Assembly: GCA_045537595.1 (NCBI GenBank) | Contig: JAZSPS010000047.1 | Coordinates: 1-57,899, forward strand | Reading direction: 5' to 3' | DNA: 57,899 nucleotides | Source of the DNA: Eubacteriales bacterium | Lineage (GTDB): Bacteria > Bacillota > Clostridia > Oscillospirales > CAG-272 | Shown: positions 27,626 through 36,286 of the stretch, one piece after another | Layout of the letters: every line of letters begins with the position of its first letter | Numbering within the stretch: the first letter of the stretch is position 1 | Position numbers and translations under genes: made by a program | The notes under the pieces: model-generated | Seen by the model: only the letters and a program-made list of their open reading frames with translations | The model's database searches: none | Told to the model about the DNA's origin: nothing

Positions 27626-28828
27626 ATGGATTTTCAATCTTCGGATATCGAAAAAATTGTCAGACAGGTTCTTGAGAGCATGGGATCTAACACCTCTGCT
27701 CCCTCTTGCGCCAAGTCGGGCAATGTTCCCGCTACCTCCAGAGTGGCAATGCTGACAAAGCCGGAGCACTTTGATATTCAGGAGTATCCCATTCCCGAAT
27801 TGGGCGATGATGATATTCTTGTTAAGGTAGAGGGTTGCGGTGTGTGCGGAACCGACGCGCACGAATTCAAAAGGGATCCCTTCTCCTTGATTCCTGTTGT
27901 TCTCGGTCACGAGGGAACAGGAGAGATCGTAAAGATGGGCAAGAATGTGAAAAAAGACAGCGCGGGCAAGCCTTTAGCGGTAGGCGATAAGGTTGTAACC
28001 TGCATGATCTTTAAGGATAATCCCGATATTACCATGTTCGATCTGAACAAACAAAATGTTGGAGGCGCGGATGTATACGGTCTGTTGCCCGACGACGACA
28101 AGCATTTGAACGGATGGTTTTCCGATTACATTTTGGTAAGAGGGGGCTCCACGATCTTCAATGTCAGCGATCTGGATCTGGACAGCAGAATCCTCATTGA
28201 GCCCTGCGCTGTGCTGATCCACGCTGTGGAGAGAGCAAAGACAACGGGAATTCTCCGCTTTAACTCCAGAGTAGTGGTACAGGGATGCGGTCCTATCGGC
28301 TTGATCTGTATTGCTGTTCTTCGTACCTTGGGTACGGAAAACATTGTGGCGGTAGACGGTGAGGCAAAGCGGTTGGAGTTCGCCAAGCTTATGGGGGCGA
28401 CTGAAACCGTTAACTTTAAGGATCACAAGGGAATTGAGGCTCTCAGCGGTGCTGTAAAGGATGCCTTCGGCGGCTATCTCGCTGATTTCGCCTTCCAGTG
28501 CACGGGTTCTCCCGTTGCCCACGCCAACATCTATAAGTTTATTCGTAACGGCGGCGGCCTTTGCGAGCTTGGCTTCTTTATTAACGGCGGCGACGCTACC
28601 ATTAATCCCCACTTTGATATTTGCTCTAAAGAGATCACAACGGTAGGTTCTTGGGTATACACACTGAGAGATTATGTAACTACCTTTGATTTCCTGAAGC
28701 GCGCCAAGGGAATCGGACTTCCTCTCGACAAGCTTATTACTCACAAGTATCCTCTCGATAAGATCAATGAGGCACTGGAGACGAACCTGAAAATGGAAGG
28801 TCTTAAGATTGCCATTGTAAATGATTAA
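27626..28828 (+). CDS. Zinc-dependent (MDR family) alcohol dehydrogenase with an N-terminal extension
   Basis: 400 aa with GCGVCGTDAHEF, GHEGTGEIV and the Rossmann motif VQGCGPIGL. The N-terminus reads MDFQSSDIEKIVRQVLESMGSNTSAPSCAKSGN. Confidence 0.85.
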   Translation: MDFQSSDIEKIVRQVLESMGSNTSAPSCAKSGNVPATSRVAMLTKPEHFDIQEYPIPELGDDDILVKVEGCGVCGTDAHEFKRDPFSLIPVVLGHEGTGEIVKMGKNVKKDSAGKPLAVGDKVVTCMIFKDNPDITMFDLNKQNVGGADVYGLLPDDDKHLNGWFSDYILVRGGSTIFNVSDLDLDSRILIEPCAVLIHAVERAKTTGILRFNSRVVVQGCGPIGLICIAVLRTLGTENIVAVDGEAKRLEFAKLMGATETVNFKDHKGIEALSGAVKDAFGGYLADFAFQCTGSPVAHANIYKFIRNGGGLCELGFFINGGDATINPHFDICSKEITTVGSWVYTLRDYVTTFDFLKRAKGIGLPLDKLITHKYPLDKINEALETNLKMEGLKIAIVND

Positions 28829-28848
28829 TTTTTCTTACGGAGACGAGT

Positions 28849-29163
28849 ATGGGAAAGGCTACAGGAATTATTGAGGTATACGGATTGGCGGCGGCATTTG
28901 TAGCGGTAGATGCCGGATGCAAGGCGGCTGACGTAACCGTTGAGACTCTTGACAAAAACAAGCCCGGCAATGCCGACGCACTTCCCGTTCCTCTGATCGT
29001 CGCGATCAAATTCAGAGGCTCGGTGGAAGATGTGAAGGCGGCTGTAGATGCTGCGGCAGCGGCGGCGGAAGGATTAACCGGTGTGATTACAAAGCATATT
29101 ATCGCGAACACCGAGCCCTCCACCGAAAAAATGCTGAAGCTGAACGCATTTGATAAAAAATAA
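28849..29163 (+). CDS. BMC-H shell protein with an atypical pore loop
   Basis: 104 aa BMC domain (GIIEVYGLAAAFVAVDAGCKAADV). The loop TLDKNKPGNADALPVPLIV replaces the canonical EKIGSGLVT. Confidence 0.8.
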   Translation: MGKATGIIEVYGLAAAFVAVDAGCKAADVTVETLDKNKPGNADALPVPLIVAIKFRGSVEDVKAAVDAAAAAAEGLTGVITKHIIANTEPSTEKMLKLNAFDKK

Positions 29164-29200
29164 ATAATTAGGGAATATCCCACTTGGAAAGGAATAAAAA

Positions 29201-29479
29201 ATGGCACTTGAAGCACTTGGAATGGTAGAAACCAGAGGATTGGTTGCCGCAATTGAGGCGGCAGACGCTATGGTGAAGGCGGCTGAGGTTACTCTGATCG
29301 GAACTGAAAAGATCGGCTCCGGTTTGGTATCTGTTATGGTCAGAGGTGATGTAGGAGCGGTCAAGGCTGCTACGGAGGCGGGCAGCGCCGCCGCATCCAG
29401 ATTGGGCGAGATCGTGGCTGTACACGTGATTCCCCGTCCTCACGCGGATGTTGAGAAGATTCTTCCTTCTCTTAACTGA
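29201..29479 (+). CDS. pduA: BMC-H shell protein, PduA/PduJ-like (copy 1)
   Basis: 92 aa: [61 protein letters not shown]. Confidence 0.93.
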   Translation: MALEALGMVETRGLVAAIEAADAMVKAAEVTLIGTEKIGSGLVSVMVRGDVGAVKAATEAGSAAASRLGEIVAVHVIPRPHADVEKILPSLN

Positions 29480-29530
29480 TTTTAACTGACCTTAACTGAG
29501 CTTAGCTGAGTTCAACGGATCTTAACTGAA
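29471..29530 (+). repeat. Six tandem 10-nt units (consensus CTTAACTGAn)
   Basis: The units are cttaactgat, tttaactgac, cttaactgag, cttagctgag, ttcaacggat and cttaactgaa. The first unit contains the pduA stop codon. An 8-bp hairpin follows at 29531-29552. Confidence 0.85.
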
Positions 29531-29593
29531 CCGATGATCGATGAATCGTCGGACGAGAAAATACGCAGACATAAAAAATAAAACGGAGGCGCT

Positions 29594-29986
29594 ATGAAAT
29601 CATTGGGATTTGTCGAGGTTAGCGGTGTTACCGCCGCCATTGATGCTCTCGACATTATGTGCAAAAGCGCGGATGTAACCTTAGTCAGCTGGGAGCGAAA
29701 GCTGGGAGGCAGACTGGTTACCATTATAGTAACGGGAACCGTTTCGGCGGTGCAGGCGGCAGTGGAAAACGCTGAAAAGCAATGTATCAAAAAGCCCTGC
29801 GCTGTTGCGGTCATTGCGAATCCCCACCCCGAAACCGTCAGACTTGCGGAGCTGTCGGCAAAGCGATTGGAGAAAAAATCCGCAGAGCAAGCGCCTAAGG
29901 CGACAGAGAATGAAAAGCCTAAGGCATCGGCAGCAAAACCCAAAAAAACACAAGCGAAACCCCAACAAATAAAGGAGGATAAATAA
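29594..29986 (+). CDS. BMC-H shell protein with a Lys-rich, low-complexity C-terminal tail
   Basis: 130 aa. BMC domain ([26 protein letters not shown]), then the tail [41 protein letters not shown]. Confidence 0.85.
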   Translation: MKSLGFVEVSGVTAAIDALDIMCKSADVTLVSWERKLGGRLVTIIVTGTVSAVQAAVENAEKQCIKKPCAVAVIANPHPETVRLAELSAKRLEKKSAEQAPKATENEKPKASAAKPKKTQAKPQQIKEDK

Positions 29987-29988
29987 TT

Positions 29989-30267
29989 ATGGCACTTCAA
30001 GCACTTGGTATGGTAGAGACCAGAGGATTGGTTGCGGCAATCGAGGCGGCGGACGCAATGGTAAAGGCCGCGAATGTTGAGCTGATCGGCACCGAGAAGA
30101 TCGGTTCCGGATTGGTTTCTGTTATGGTAAGAGGAGATGTGGGAGCTGTTAAGGCTGCTACCGAGGCGGGAAGTATGGCGGCATCCGCTTTGGGCGAGAT
30201 CGTGGCTGTACATGTAATTCCTCGTCCCCACGCGGATGTTGAGAAGATTCTTCCTTCTTTAAAGTAA
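29989..30267 (+). CDS. pduA: BMC-H shell protein, PduA/PduJ-like (copy 2)
   Basis: 92 aa, nearly identical to copy 1. It starts 2 nt after the previous stop. Confidence 0.93.
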   Translation: MALQALGMVETRGLVAAIEAADAMVKAANVELIGTEKIGSGLVSVMVRGDVGAVKAATEAGSMAASALGEIVAVHVIPRPHADVEKILPSLK

Positions 30268-30299
30268 TTTCAGGTATTTTAAAGAAAAGAGATCGAAGC

Positions 30300-30409
30300 G
30301 CGGGATGATTGATCCCGCAAGCAACAAACGGAAAATAATTTGCGCGTTTGCGCAATTATTTTCCGAGCCGTGCGCTTTGTCTGAAGTTTTTACACAAAGC
30401 GCAGCGCTC
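30300..30409 (+). promoter_or_regulatory. Cluster of three RNA hairpins in the gap between the last BMC-H gene and the BMC-P gene
   Basis: Hairpin 1: 7-bp stem at 30300-30318. Hairpin 2: 16-bp stem with a 1-nt bulge at 30329-30365 (CGGAAAATAATTTGCGC / GCGCAATTATTTTCCG). Hairpin 3: 14-bp stem with a 2x2 internal loop at 30365-30409. No T-run follows any of them. Confidence 0.5.
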
Positions 30410-30470
30410 GGAGAATAATTGCAAACCGAAACAATCAAAAAAAAATACCGAAAGGCGGTTTGGGGTAAAT

Positions 30471-30743
30471 ATGTTAATCGGGAAAATTGTTGGAAGTGTT
30501 GTATCTACCAGAAAAAATGACAAGCTTGTTGGCAGTAAGTTTATGATCGTGGAAACTCAGGCAGAAACGGGTGACTGCAAGCGAATTGTGGCAGTGGACA
30601 ATGTGGGTGCCGGAATCGGTGAGATGGTATTGGTCGCCACAGGCAGCGCGGCAAGGATCGGATGTGATCAGCCCAACGCACCCATTGACGCGGCTATCGT
30701 TGGAATTATCGATAGCGGCACGGGTTTGTCTGAATTGAGCTGA
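30471..30743 (+). CDS. pduN: BMC-P pentameric vertex protein (EutN/PduN/CcmL family)
   Basis: 90 aa starting MLIGKIVGSVVSTRKNDKLVGSKFMIVE. The ORF-track N-terminal extension covers the hairpin region and was trimmed. Confidence 0.88.
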   Translation: MLIGKIVGSVVSTRKNDKLVGSKFMIVETQAETGDCKRIVAVDNVGAGIGEMVLVATGSAARIGCDQPNAPIDAAIVGIIDSGTGLSELS

Positions 30744-30785
30744 GTGCATTGAGCGCAAGCAAAGGAATGGAATAAGGAATTTCAA

Positions 30786-32108
30786 ATGGAACTGAAAGAT
30801 TTAAAGATATTGCTCCGAGAGATGGGGGTTGTGGGTGCCGGCGGTGCCGGTTTCCCAAGCTACGCTAAGCTTACGGAGCAGGCTGACACGGTGCTTCTCA
30901 ATTGTGCCGAATGTGAGCCTTTACTGAAGGTCCACCGTCAGGTTCTGGAGGAATATACCTATGAGGTCTTGACCGCTTTGAGTGAAATAGTAAGCGCTAC
31001 AGGCGCAAAGCGGGGAATTATCGCGATCAAAGAGCATTATCACTCCACCTTACGGGCATTGGAAGGCGAAATTTCAAATTTTTCGCATTTATCGATCCAC
31101 AAATTGCAATCGGTTTATCCCGCGGGTGACGAGATCATTTTGATCAAGGAGGTGACGGGTAAAACCGTTAATCCCGGTAAGCTGCCTGTTTCGGTAGGGG
31201 TTACGGTTTGCAATGTGGAATCGGTTTACAACATATACCGAGCCATGCAAGGCTATCCTGTGACCGACAAGTATGTAACGGTTGCCGGTGAGGTTAAAAA
31301 TCCTGTTACCCTATGTGTTCCTTTGGGAGTGAAAATCTCCGAGGTGATCGAGGCGGCAGGCGGTATTACCTGCTCCGATGCCGAATATATTTCCGGCGGA
31401 CCTATGATGGGGCGGATCGTCAACCCAGGCGATCCCATCACAAAGACGACCAACGCGATTTTGGTTCTTCCGAAGGATCACACGGTGATTCAAAATAAAA
31501 AATTGAACGCTCAGATCAATCTTCGCCGTGCTATGTCGGTGTGCTGTCAATGCAGAAGCTGTACCGAGCTTTGTTCCCGACATGTGATCGGCTATCCTGT
31601 AGAGCCGCATTTGGTCATGCGGGTACTTTCCAACGGCGGAAAGGGTGACGTGAAGGTTTTGGCGGGCTCGATGTTTTGTTCCGGCTGTGGTTTATGTGAA
31701 ACCTATTCATGTCCGCAGGGACTTTCTCCCCGTGCTATGATTGCTGAGATCAAGGCGATCGCGCGAGAGAATGGGATCAAGCCTCCTGAAAACGTAGAGG
31801 CGGATCTGAAAGTAAAGGATGCTGAATACAAGAAGGTTTCGGTAGAGCGCTTGACCGCGCGGCTGGGCTTGAAAAAATACGATGTAGCCGCTCCCCTTCA
31901 TGAAAATTTTACTGCCAAGTCGGTGAAAATTCTGCTTTCCCAGCATTTGGGAGCACCGGCGGCAGCCGTTGTGAAGGAGGGAGATACGGTGAAAAAGGGA
32001 GATGTGATCGCCCTTGCCAAGGAAAACGCCTTAAGCGTGAATATTCATGCCTCCATTGACGGAACGGTTTCGGTTGTTAACTCAAAATATATTAAAATAA
32101 ACGTGTGA
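30786..32108 (+). CDS. pduS: PduS-like / RnfC-like Fe-S flavoprotein
   Basis: 440 aa with the nucleotide-binding GAGGAGFPSYAKL motif, an SLBB-like region and two ferredoxin-type Cys clusters (CCQCRSCTELC and CSGCGLCETYSC). Confidence 0.85.
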   Translation: MELKDLKILLREMGVVGAGGAGFPSYAKLTEQADTVLLNCAECEPLLKVHRQVLEEYTYEVLTALSEIVSATGAKRGIIAIKEHYHSTLRALEGEISNFSHLSIHKLQSVYPAGDEIILIKEVTGKTVNPGKLPVSVGVTVCNVESVYNIYRAMQGYPVTDKYVTVAGEVKNPVTLCVPLGVKISEVIEAAGGITCSDAEYISGGPMMGRIVNPGDPITKTTNAILVLPKDHTVIQNKKLNAQINLRRAMSVCCQCRSCTELCSRHVIGYPVEPHLVMRVLSNGGKGDVKVLAGSMFCSGCGLCETYSCPQGLSPRAMIAEIKAIARENGIKPPENVEADLKVKDAEYKKVSVERLTARLGLKKYDVAAPLHENFTAKSVKILLSQHLGAPAAAVVKEGDTVKKGDVIALAKENALSVNIHASIDGTVSVVNSKYIKINV

Positions 32109-32145
32109 CCGCGCAAAGCGAAACGAAAAAAGGAATTTACGAGAA

Positions 32146-32691
32146 ATGAAAAAAGCACTCGGAATGATTGAATTTAAAACGGTTGCCTCGGGGATTACCG
32201 CAACCGACATTATGCTGAAAACGGCGGAGATAGAGGTGGTACAGGCCAATCCCGTTTGTCCCGGCAAATATTTGGCTACCATCGCGGGAGAATTGAGCTC
32301 GGTCAAGGCTGCCATTGACGCGGCGGAGGCATATAATTCTGCCATGCTCATCGATAAATTTATTCTGGGAAATCCCCATGAGACGGTACAGCCCGCAATC
32401 TGCGGCGCGCTGGAGATCAAAAATAAAGGCGCCATTGGAATTTTGGAGACCTTTACAGCCGCTTCCGCGGTAGTGGCGGCGGATACCGCGGCTAAGACCG
32501 CGTTGATCGATCTTGTGGAGATCCGTTTGGCGAAGGGAATGTGCGGAAAGTCCTATATTATTCTAACGGGAAGTGTATCCTCTGTTACCGCGGCGATTGA
32601 GCGGGCAAAGGCGGGGGTTGGAGACGGTATCTTCTTGGACAGCTCCGTAATTGCCGGACCAGATGAGAGACTTTGGGATACGATTTTATAA
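32146..32691 (+). CDS. pduT: BMC-T tandem-domain shell protein, PduT-like
   Basis: 181 aa with two BMC domains. The pore-position Cys lies in PVCPGKY, as in the Fe-S-binding PduT. Confidence 0.85.
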   Translation: MKKALGMIEFKTVASGITATDIMLKTAEIEVVQANPVCPGKYLATIAGELSSVKAAIDAAEAYNSAMLIDKFILGNPHETVQPAICGALEIKNKGAIGILETFTAASAVVAADTAAKTALIDLVEIRLAKGMCGKSYIILTGSVSSVTAAIERAKAGVGDGIFLDSSVIAGPDERLWDTIL

Positions 32692-32718
32692 TTTTGTGAA
32701 GCAACGAAAATCAAAGAA

Positions 32719-33492
32719 ATGGGGGTGAGTTCATTGCTCGCCATTGAACGAAGAAGAGAGATCCTTTCCCGACTAAAGGCGGATGGGAAGGTTTTAGTCT
32801 CTGAGCTTTCCAAGGATTTTGATGTAACCGAGGAAACAATCAGGCGTGATCTTGAGCGCTTGGATCGGGAGGGACTTGTATCAAAGACCTACGGCGGTGC
32901 CGTTTCCAAGCTGAATTCCGCTATGGATCTTCCGTATAATGTGCGTGAGGGGGTCAATGTGGAACAGAAGCAGTCCATTGCCGAGAAGCTTGCCTCCTTG
33001 GTGCGTGACGGAGACCGTATTATGCTGGATCCCAGCTCTACCGCTCTTTACGCGGTGAAAAAGCTGAAGGAAAAAAAGAATCTGACCATTATTACCAATT
33101 CGGTGAAGGTATTGATCGAGGTTGCTGACAGGCAGGATTGGAATGTTCTGTCTACCGGCGGTGTGTTGAGGATGAGCGCTCTTTCCTTAAATGGGTCTTC
33201 GGCTGAGAAGATGATCAATTCCTACCATGTGGATATGGCGATCTGCTCCTGCAAGGGACTGGATATGGAGTGGGGGGTAACCGATTCCAACGAAAATGAC
33301 TGCTTGATCAAGAAAGCCATGTTTGCCTCGGCGGATCGCAGGATCTTAGCTCTTGACGCGGAAAAATTTGATAAAAAATCCTTTGTTAAGGTATGCGGTG
33401 TCAACGAGATCGATGCTTTAGTCACCGATACGGTTCCTTCAGAAAAATGGGTGAGCTTTTGTTCTGAAAAAAATATTCATCTGATTTACTGA
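32719..33492 (+). CDS. DeoR/GlpR family transcriptional regulator
   Basis: 257 aa with an N-terminal HTH (ERRREILSRLKADGKVLVSELSKDFDVTEETIRRDLERL) and a C-terminal sugar-phosphate sensor domain. An alternative TTG start is possible at 32734. Confidence 0.88.
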   Translation: MGVSSLLAIERRREILSRLKADGKVLVSELSKDFDVTEETIRRDLERLDREGLVSKTYGGAVSKLNSAMDLPYNVREGVNVEQKQSIAEKLASLVRDGDRIMLDPSSTALYAVKKLKEKKNLTIITNSVKVLIEVADRQDWNVLSTGGVLRMSALSLNGSSAEKMINSYHVDMAICSCKGLDMEWGVTDSNENDCLIKKAMFASADRRILALDAEKFDKKSFVKVCGVNEIDALVTDTVPSEKWVSFCSEKNIHLIY

Positions 33493-33577
33493 TTCGCAAA
33501 TGAAATATTATAAAACGACGCAAAATAATACATCTGAAATTAACCGAATAACAACAGTGAAATGAAAGGAAAAGTAT

Positions 33578-34777
33578 ATGAAAATTCTTGTTTTGAATGC
33601 GGGAAGCTCCTCTTTAAAGTATCAGCTCTTTAACATGGAGGATACAGAAGTTCTTGCGAAGGGAACTTGCGAGCGAATTGGAGCGGGCGGAACCATTACG
33701 CATAAGCGTCCCAACGCGGAGACCTTTTATGAGGAGTCAGAGCTTGCCGATCACGGCGTTGCTTTGGAAAAGGTTTTATGCCTTCTTACCTCGAAGGAAT
33801 ACGGCGTGGTTTCCTCCATCGCGGAGATCGACGCGGTAGGACACCGTGTGGCGCATGGCGGAGAAAAGCTGAAGGAATCCTCTAAGATCACCGAAAGCGT
33901 GGTTCGCTATTTGGAGACCATCGTTCCCATCAATCCTTTGCACGGCCCTCCCGCGATCGCGGGAATCAAGGCATGCACCAAGCTGATGCCCGAGGTTCCT
34001 CAGGTTGCGGTATTTGACACCTCCTTCTATTCGAATATTGAGGATTTTCGGTATATTTATCCGATCCCCTATGAATTTTATGAAAATGATCAGATCCGCC
34101 GTTACGGCTTCCACGGTACCTCGCACCGTTATGTCAGCGCTGAGCTTGCCAAGGTCCTTGGCAAACCCATCGAGGAATTGAAGATCGTTACCTGCCATCT
34201 TGGCAACGGTTCCTCTATTACCGCGGTGGATGGCGGAACAGCCATCGATACCTCCATGGGCTTTACTCCGCAGGAGGGAATTGCCATGGGAACCCGATCC
34301 GGAAGTATTGACCCCACGGTCATCACCTATTTAATGAAAACAAAAGGATACAGTGCCCAAGAGGTTGAGGATATTCTCAACAAAAAGAGCGGCTTGCTGG
34401 GCGTTTCGGGACTTTCCAACGACTGCCGAAACATTACCGAGGCGGCGAAGGAGGGAAACAAGAGAGCTGAGCTTGCGCTCAACATTATGGTCAACGGCAT
34501 AAAGAAGCATATTGGCGCCTATGTTGCCGAAATGAACGGCTTGGATGCTCTTGTATTTACCGCGGGCATTGGAGAAAATCAATCCAATATCCGAGCTAAG
34601 GTCTGCGAAAATATGAGCTATTTGGGAATTGAGATCGATACCGAAAAGAACGTAAACTTTACACGCGGGATTCCCTTTGACATTTCTAAAGAGGGAGCGA
34701 AGGTGGCTACTTGGATCATTCCCACGGATGAGGAGTATATGATCGCCATTGATACGCAGCGACTGATTGGTAAATAA
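33578..34777 (+). CDS. ackA: Acetate/propionate kinase
   Basis: 399 aa starting MKILVLNAGSSSLKYQLF, with the HRVAHGG and GFHGTSH motifs. Confidence 0.92.
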   Translation: MKILVLNAGSSSLKYQLFNMEDTEVLAKGTCERIGAGGTITHKRPNAETFYEESELADHGVALEKVLCLLTSKEYGVVSSIAEIDAVGHRVAHGGEKLKESSKITESVVRYLETIVPINPLHGPPAIAGIKACTKLMPEVPQVAVFDTSFYSNIEDFRYIYPIPYEFYENDQIRRYGFHGTSHRYVSAELAKVLGKPIEELKIVTCHLGNGSSITAVDGGTAIDTSMGFTPQEGIAMGTRSGSIDPTVITYLMKTKGYSAQEVEDILNKKSGLLGVSGLSNDCRNITEAAKEGNKRAELALNIMVNGIKKHIGAYVAEMNGLDALVFTAGIGENQSNIRAKVCENMSYLGIEIDTEKNVNFTRGIPFDISKEGAKVATWIIPTDEEYMIAIDTQRLIGK

Positions 34778-34822
34778 TTCCGGTGTGTAAATTGTGCAAA
34801 TACAGAAAAGGATGTGATTGGA

Positions 34823-36265
34823 ATGGCAAATATTACAGAAGCTGAGATCAGAAAAATCGTTGAAAATATTATTAAAGGAGCTTCCGCTCAGGGCGGGGCA
34901 AAATGGACCTCTACAGACTACAACGGCAGAAGGCTGATCGGTATTTATGAGGACATGAACCAAGCCATCGATATGGCGGAAAAAGGGTATCGCGCGGTTC
35001 GCGCTATGACGGTTGAGCAGAGAGAAAAGATCATTACGGAGATCCGCCGTTTAACAATTGCCGAGGCGCCTATTATGGCGGAGATCGGTGTTGCGGAAAC
35101 AGGAATGGGTAAGGTGGAGCACAAGAGATTAAAGCATATTCTGGTGGCGGAAAAGACCCCCGGCACGGAGGACATTGTTTCCGAGGCGAAGACAGGTGAC
35201 AACGGTTTGACACTGACCGAAATGGCACCCTTTGGCGTTGTTGGCTCTATCACCCCCAGTACCAACCCATCCGAAACGGTCATTTGCAATTCTATTGGTA
35301 TGATCGCCGCGGGAAACGGTGTTGTTTTCAATCCTCATCCCAATGCCATTTGTACCTCCAACTATGCGGTGGATCTGGTAAACCGCGCGTCGGCTGCCGC
35401 AGGCGGTCCCGAGGTTTTGGTTTGCTCTATGGTAAAGCCCACGATGGAGACCGCATCAATCATGCAGTCCCATCCCAAGATCCGTCTTTTGGTATGCACC
35501 GGAGGTCCCGGTGTTGTAAAAGCCGTTCTTTCGTCGGGCAAGAAGGCCATTGGTGCCGGCGCGGGCAATCCTCCTGTTATTGTAGATGATACCGCGGATA
35601 TCAAAAAAGCGGGTAAGGATATTATTGACGGCTGCTGCTTCGACAACAATCTTCCTTGTATCGCGGAGAAGGAAGTATTTGCTTTCCGCAATATCGCGGA
35701 TGAACTGATTGCCGAAATGCGGAAAAACGGCGCATATCTGATCACTCGTGAGCAAGCGGATCAGCTGGTTCCCGTTGTTCTCAATGAGAAGACCACAAAG
35801 ACAGGAAAGACGGTTAAGATCGTGAGCCGTGACTGTGTGGGACGTGACGCGGACGTTCTTCTTGCCAAGATCGGAATTCAGGTTGACAAGAGTGTTCGTT
35901 GCATTATCTGCGAGACCGACTTCACTCATGATTTTGTACAGCATGAGCTGATGATGCCTATTTTGCCGATTGTCAGAGTTGACACCATTGAGGAAGCCAT
36001 TGATCTGGCGGTAAAGGCTGAGCACGGAAACCGTCATACCGCTCATATGCACTCCAAAAACATTGATCATTTGTCTGCCTTTGCCAAGGCGGTTGAGACC
36101 ACGATCTTTGTGAAAAACGCTCCCTCCTATGCCGGGATCGGTTTCGGAGGCGAAGGTCATACCACCTTTACCATTGCGGGTCCGACCGGCGAGGGTATTA
36201 CCTCGGCACGCTCCTTTACCAGAAAGCGCAGATGTGTTATGGCAGACAATTTCAGAATTATTTGA
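34823..36265 (+). CDS. pduP: CoA-acylating aldehyde dehydrogenase (PduP/EutE type) with an N-terminal targeting-like helix
   Basis: 480 aa from the ATG at 34823. Starts MANITEAEIRKIVENIIKGA and has the catalytic Cys context NNLPCIAEKE. Confidence 0.88.
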   Translation: MANITEAEIRKIVENIIKGASAQGGAKWTSTDYNGRRLIGIYEDMNQAIDMAEKGYRAVRAMTVEQREKIITEIRRLTIAEAPIMAEIGVAETGMGKVEHKRLKHILVAEKTPGTEDIVSEAKTGDNGLTLTEMAPFGVVGSITPSTNPSETVICNSIGMIAAGNGVVFNPHPNAICTSNYAVDLVNRASAAAGGPEVLVCSMVKPTMETASIMQSHPKIRLLVCTGGPGVVKAVLSSGKKAIGAGAGNPPVIVDDTADIKKAGKDIIDGCCFDNNLPCIAEKEVFAFRNIADELIAEMRKNGAYLITREQADQLVPVVLNEKTTKTGKTVKIVSRDCVGRDADVLLAKIGIQVDKSVRCIICETDFTHDFVQHELMMPILPIVRVDTIEEAIDLAVKAEHGNRHTAHMHSKNIDHLSAFAKAVETTIFVKNAPSYAGIGFGGEGHTTFTIAGPTGEGITSARSFTRKRRCVMADNFRII

Positions 36266-36286
36266 TTGGGGGCAGAGAATCAAGCT

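Noticed and set aside
29471-29530. Tandem 10-nt repeats as a possible CRISPR array
   Set aside because: The units are contiguous with no spacers and only 10 nt long, and there are no cas genes. This is a microsatellite-like tandem repeat, not CRISPR.
30348-30470. N-terminal 41-aa extension of the EutN/PduN ORF in the track
   Set aside because: The extension starts at a non-ATG codon and runs through the hairpin cluster. The conserved family N-terminus MLIGKIVG begins at the ATG at 30471.
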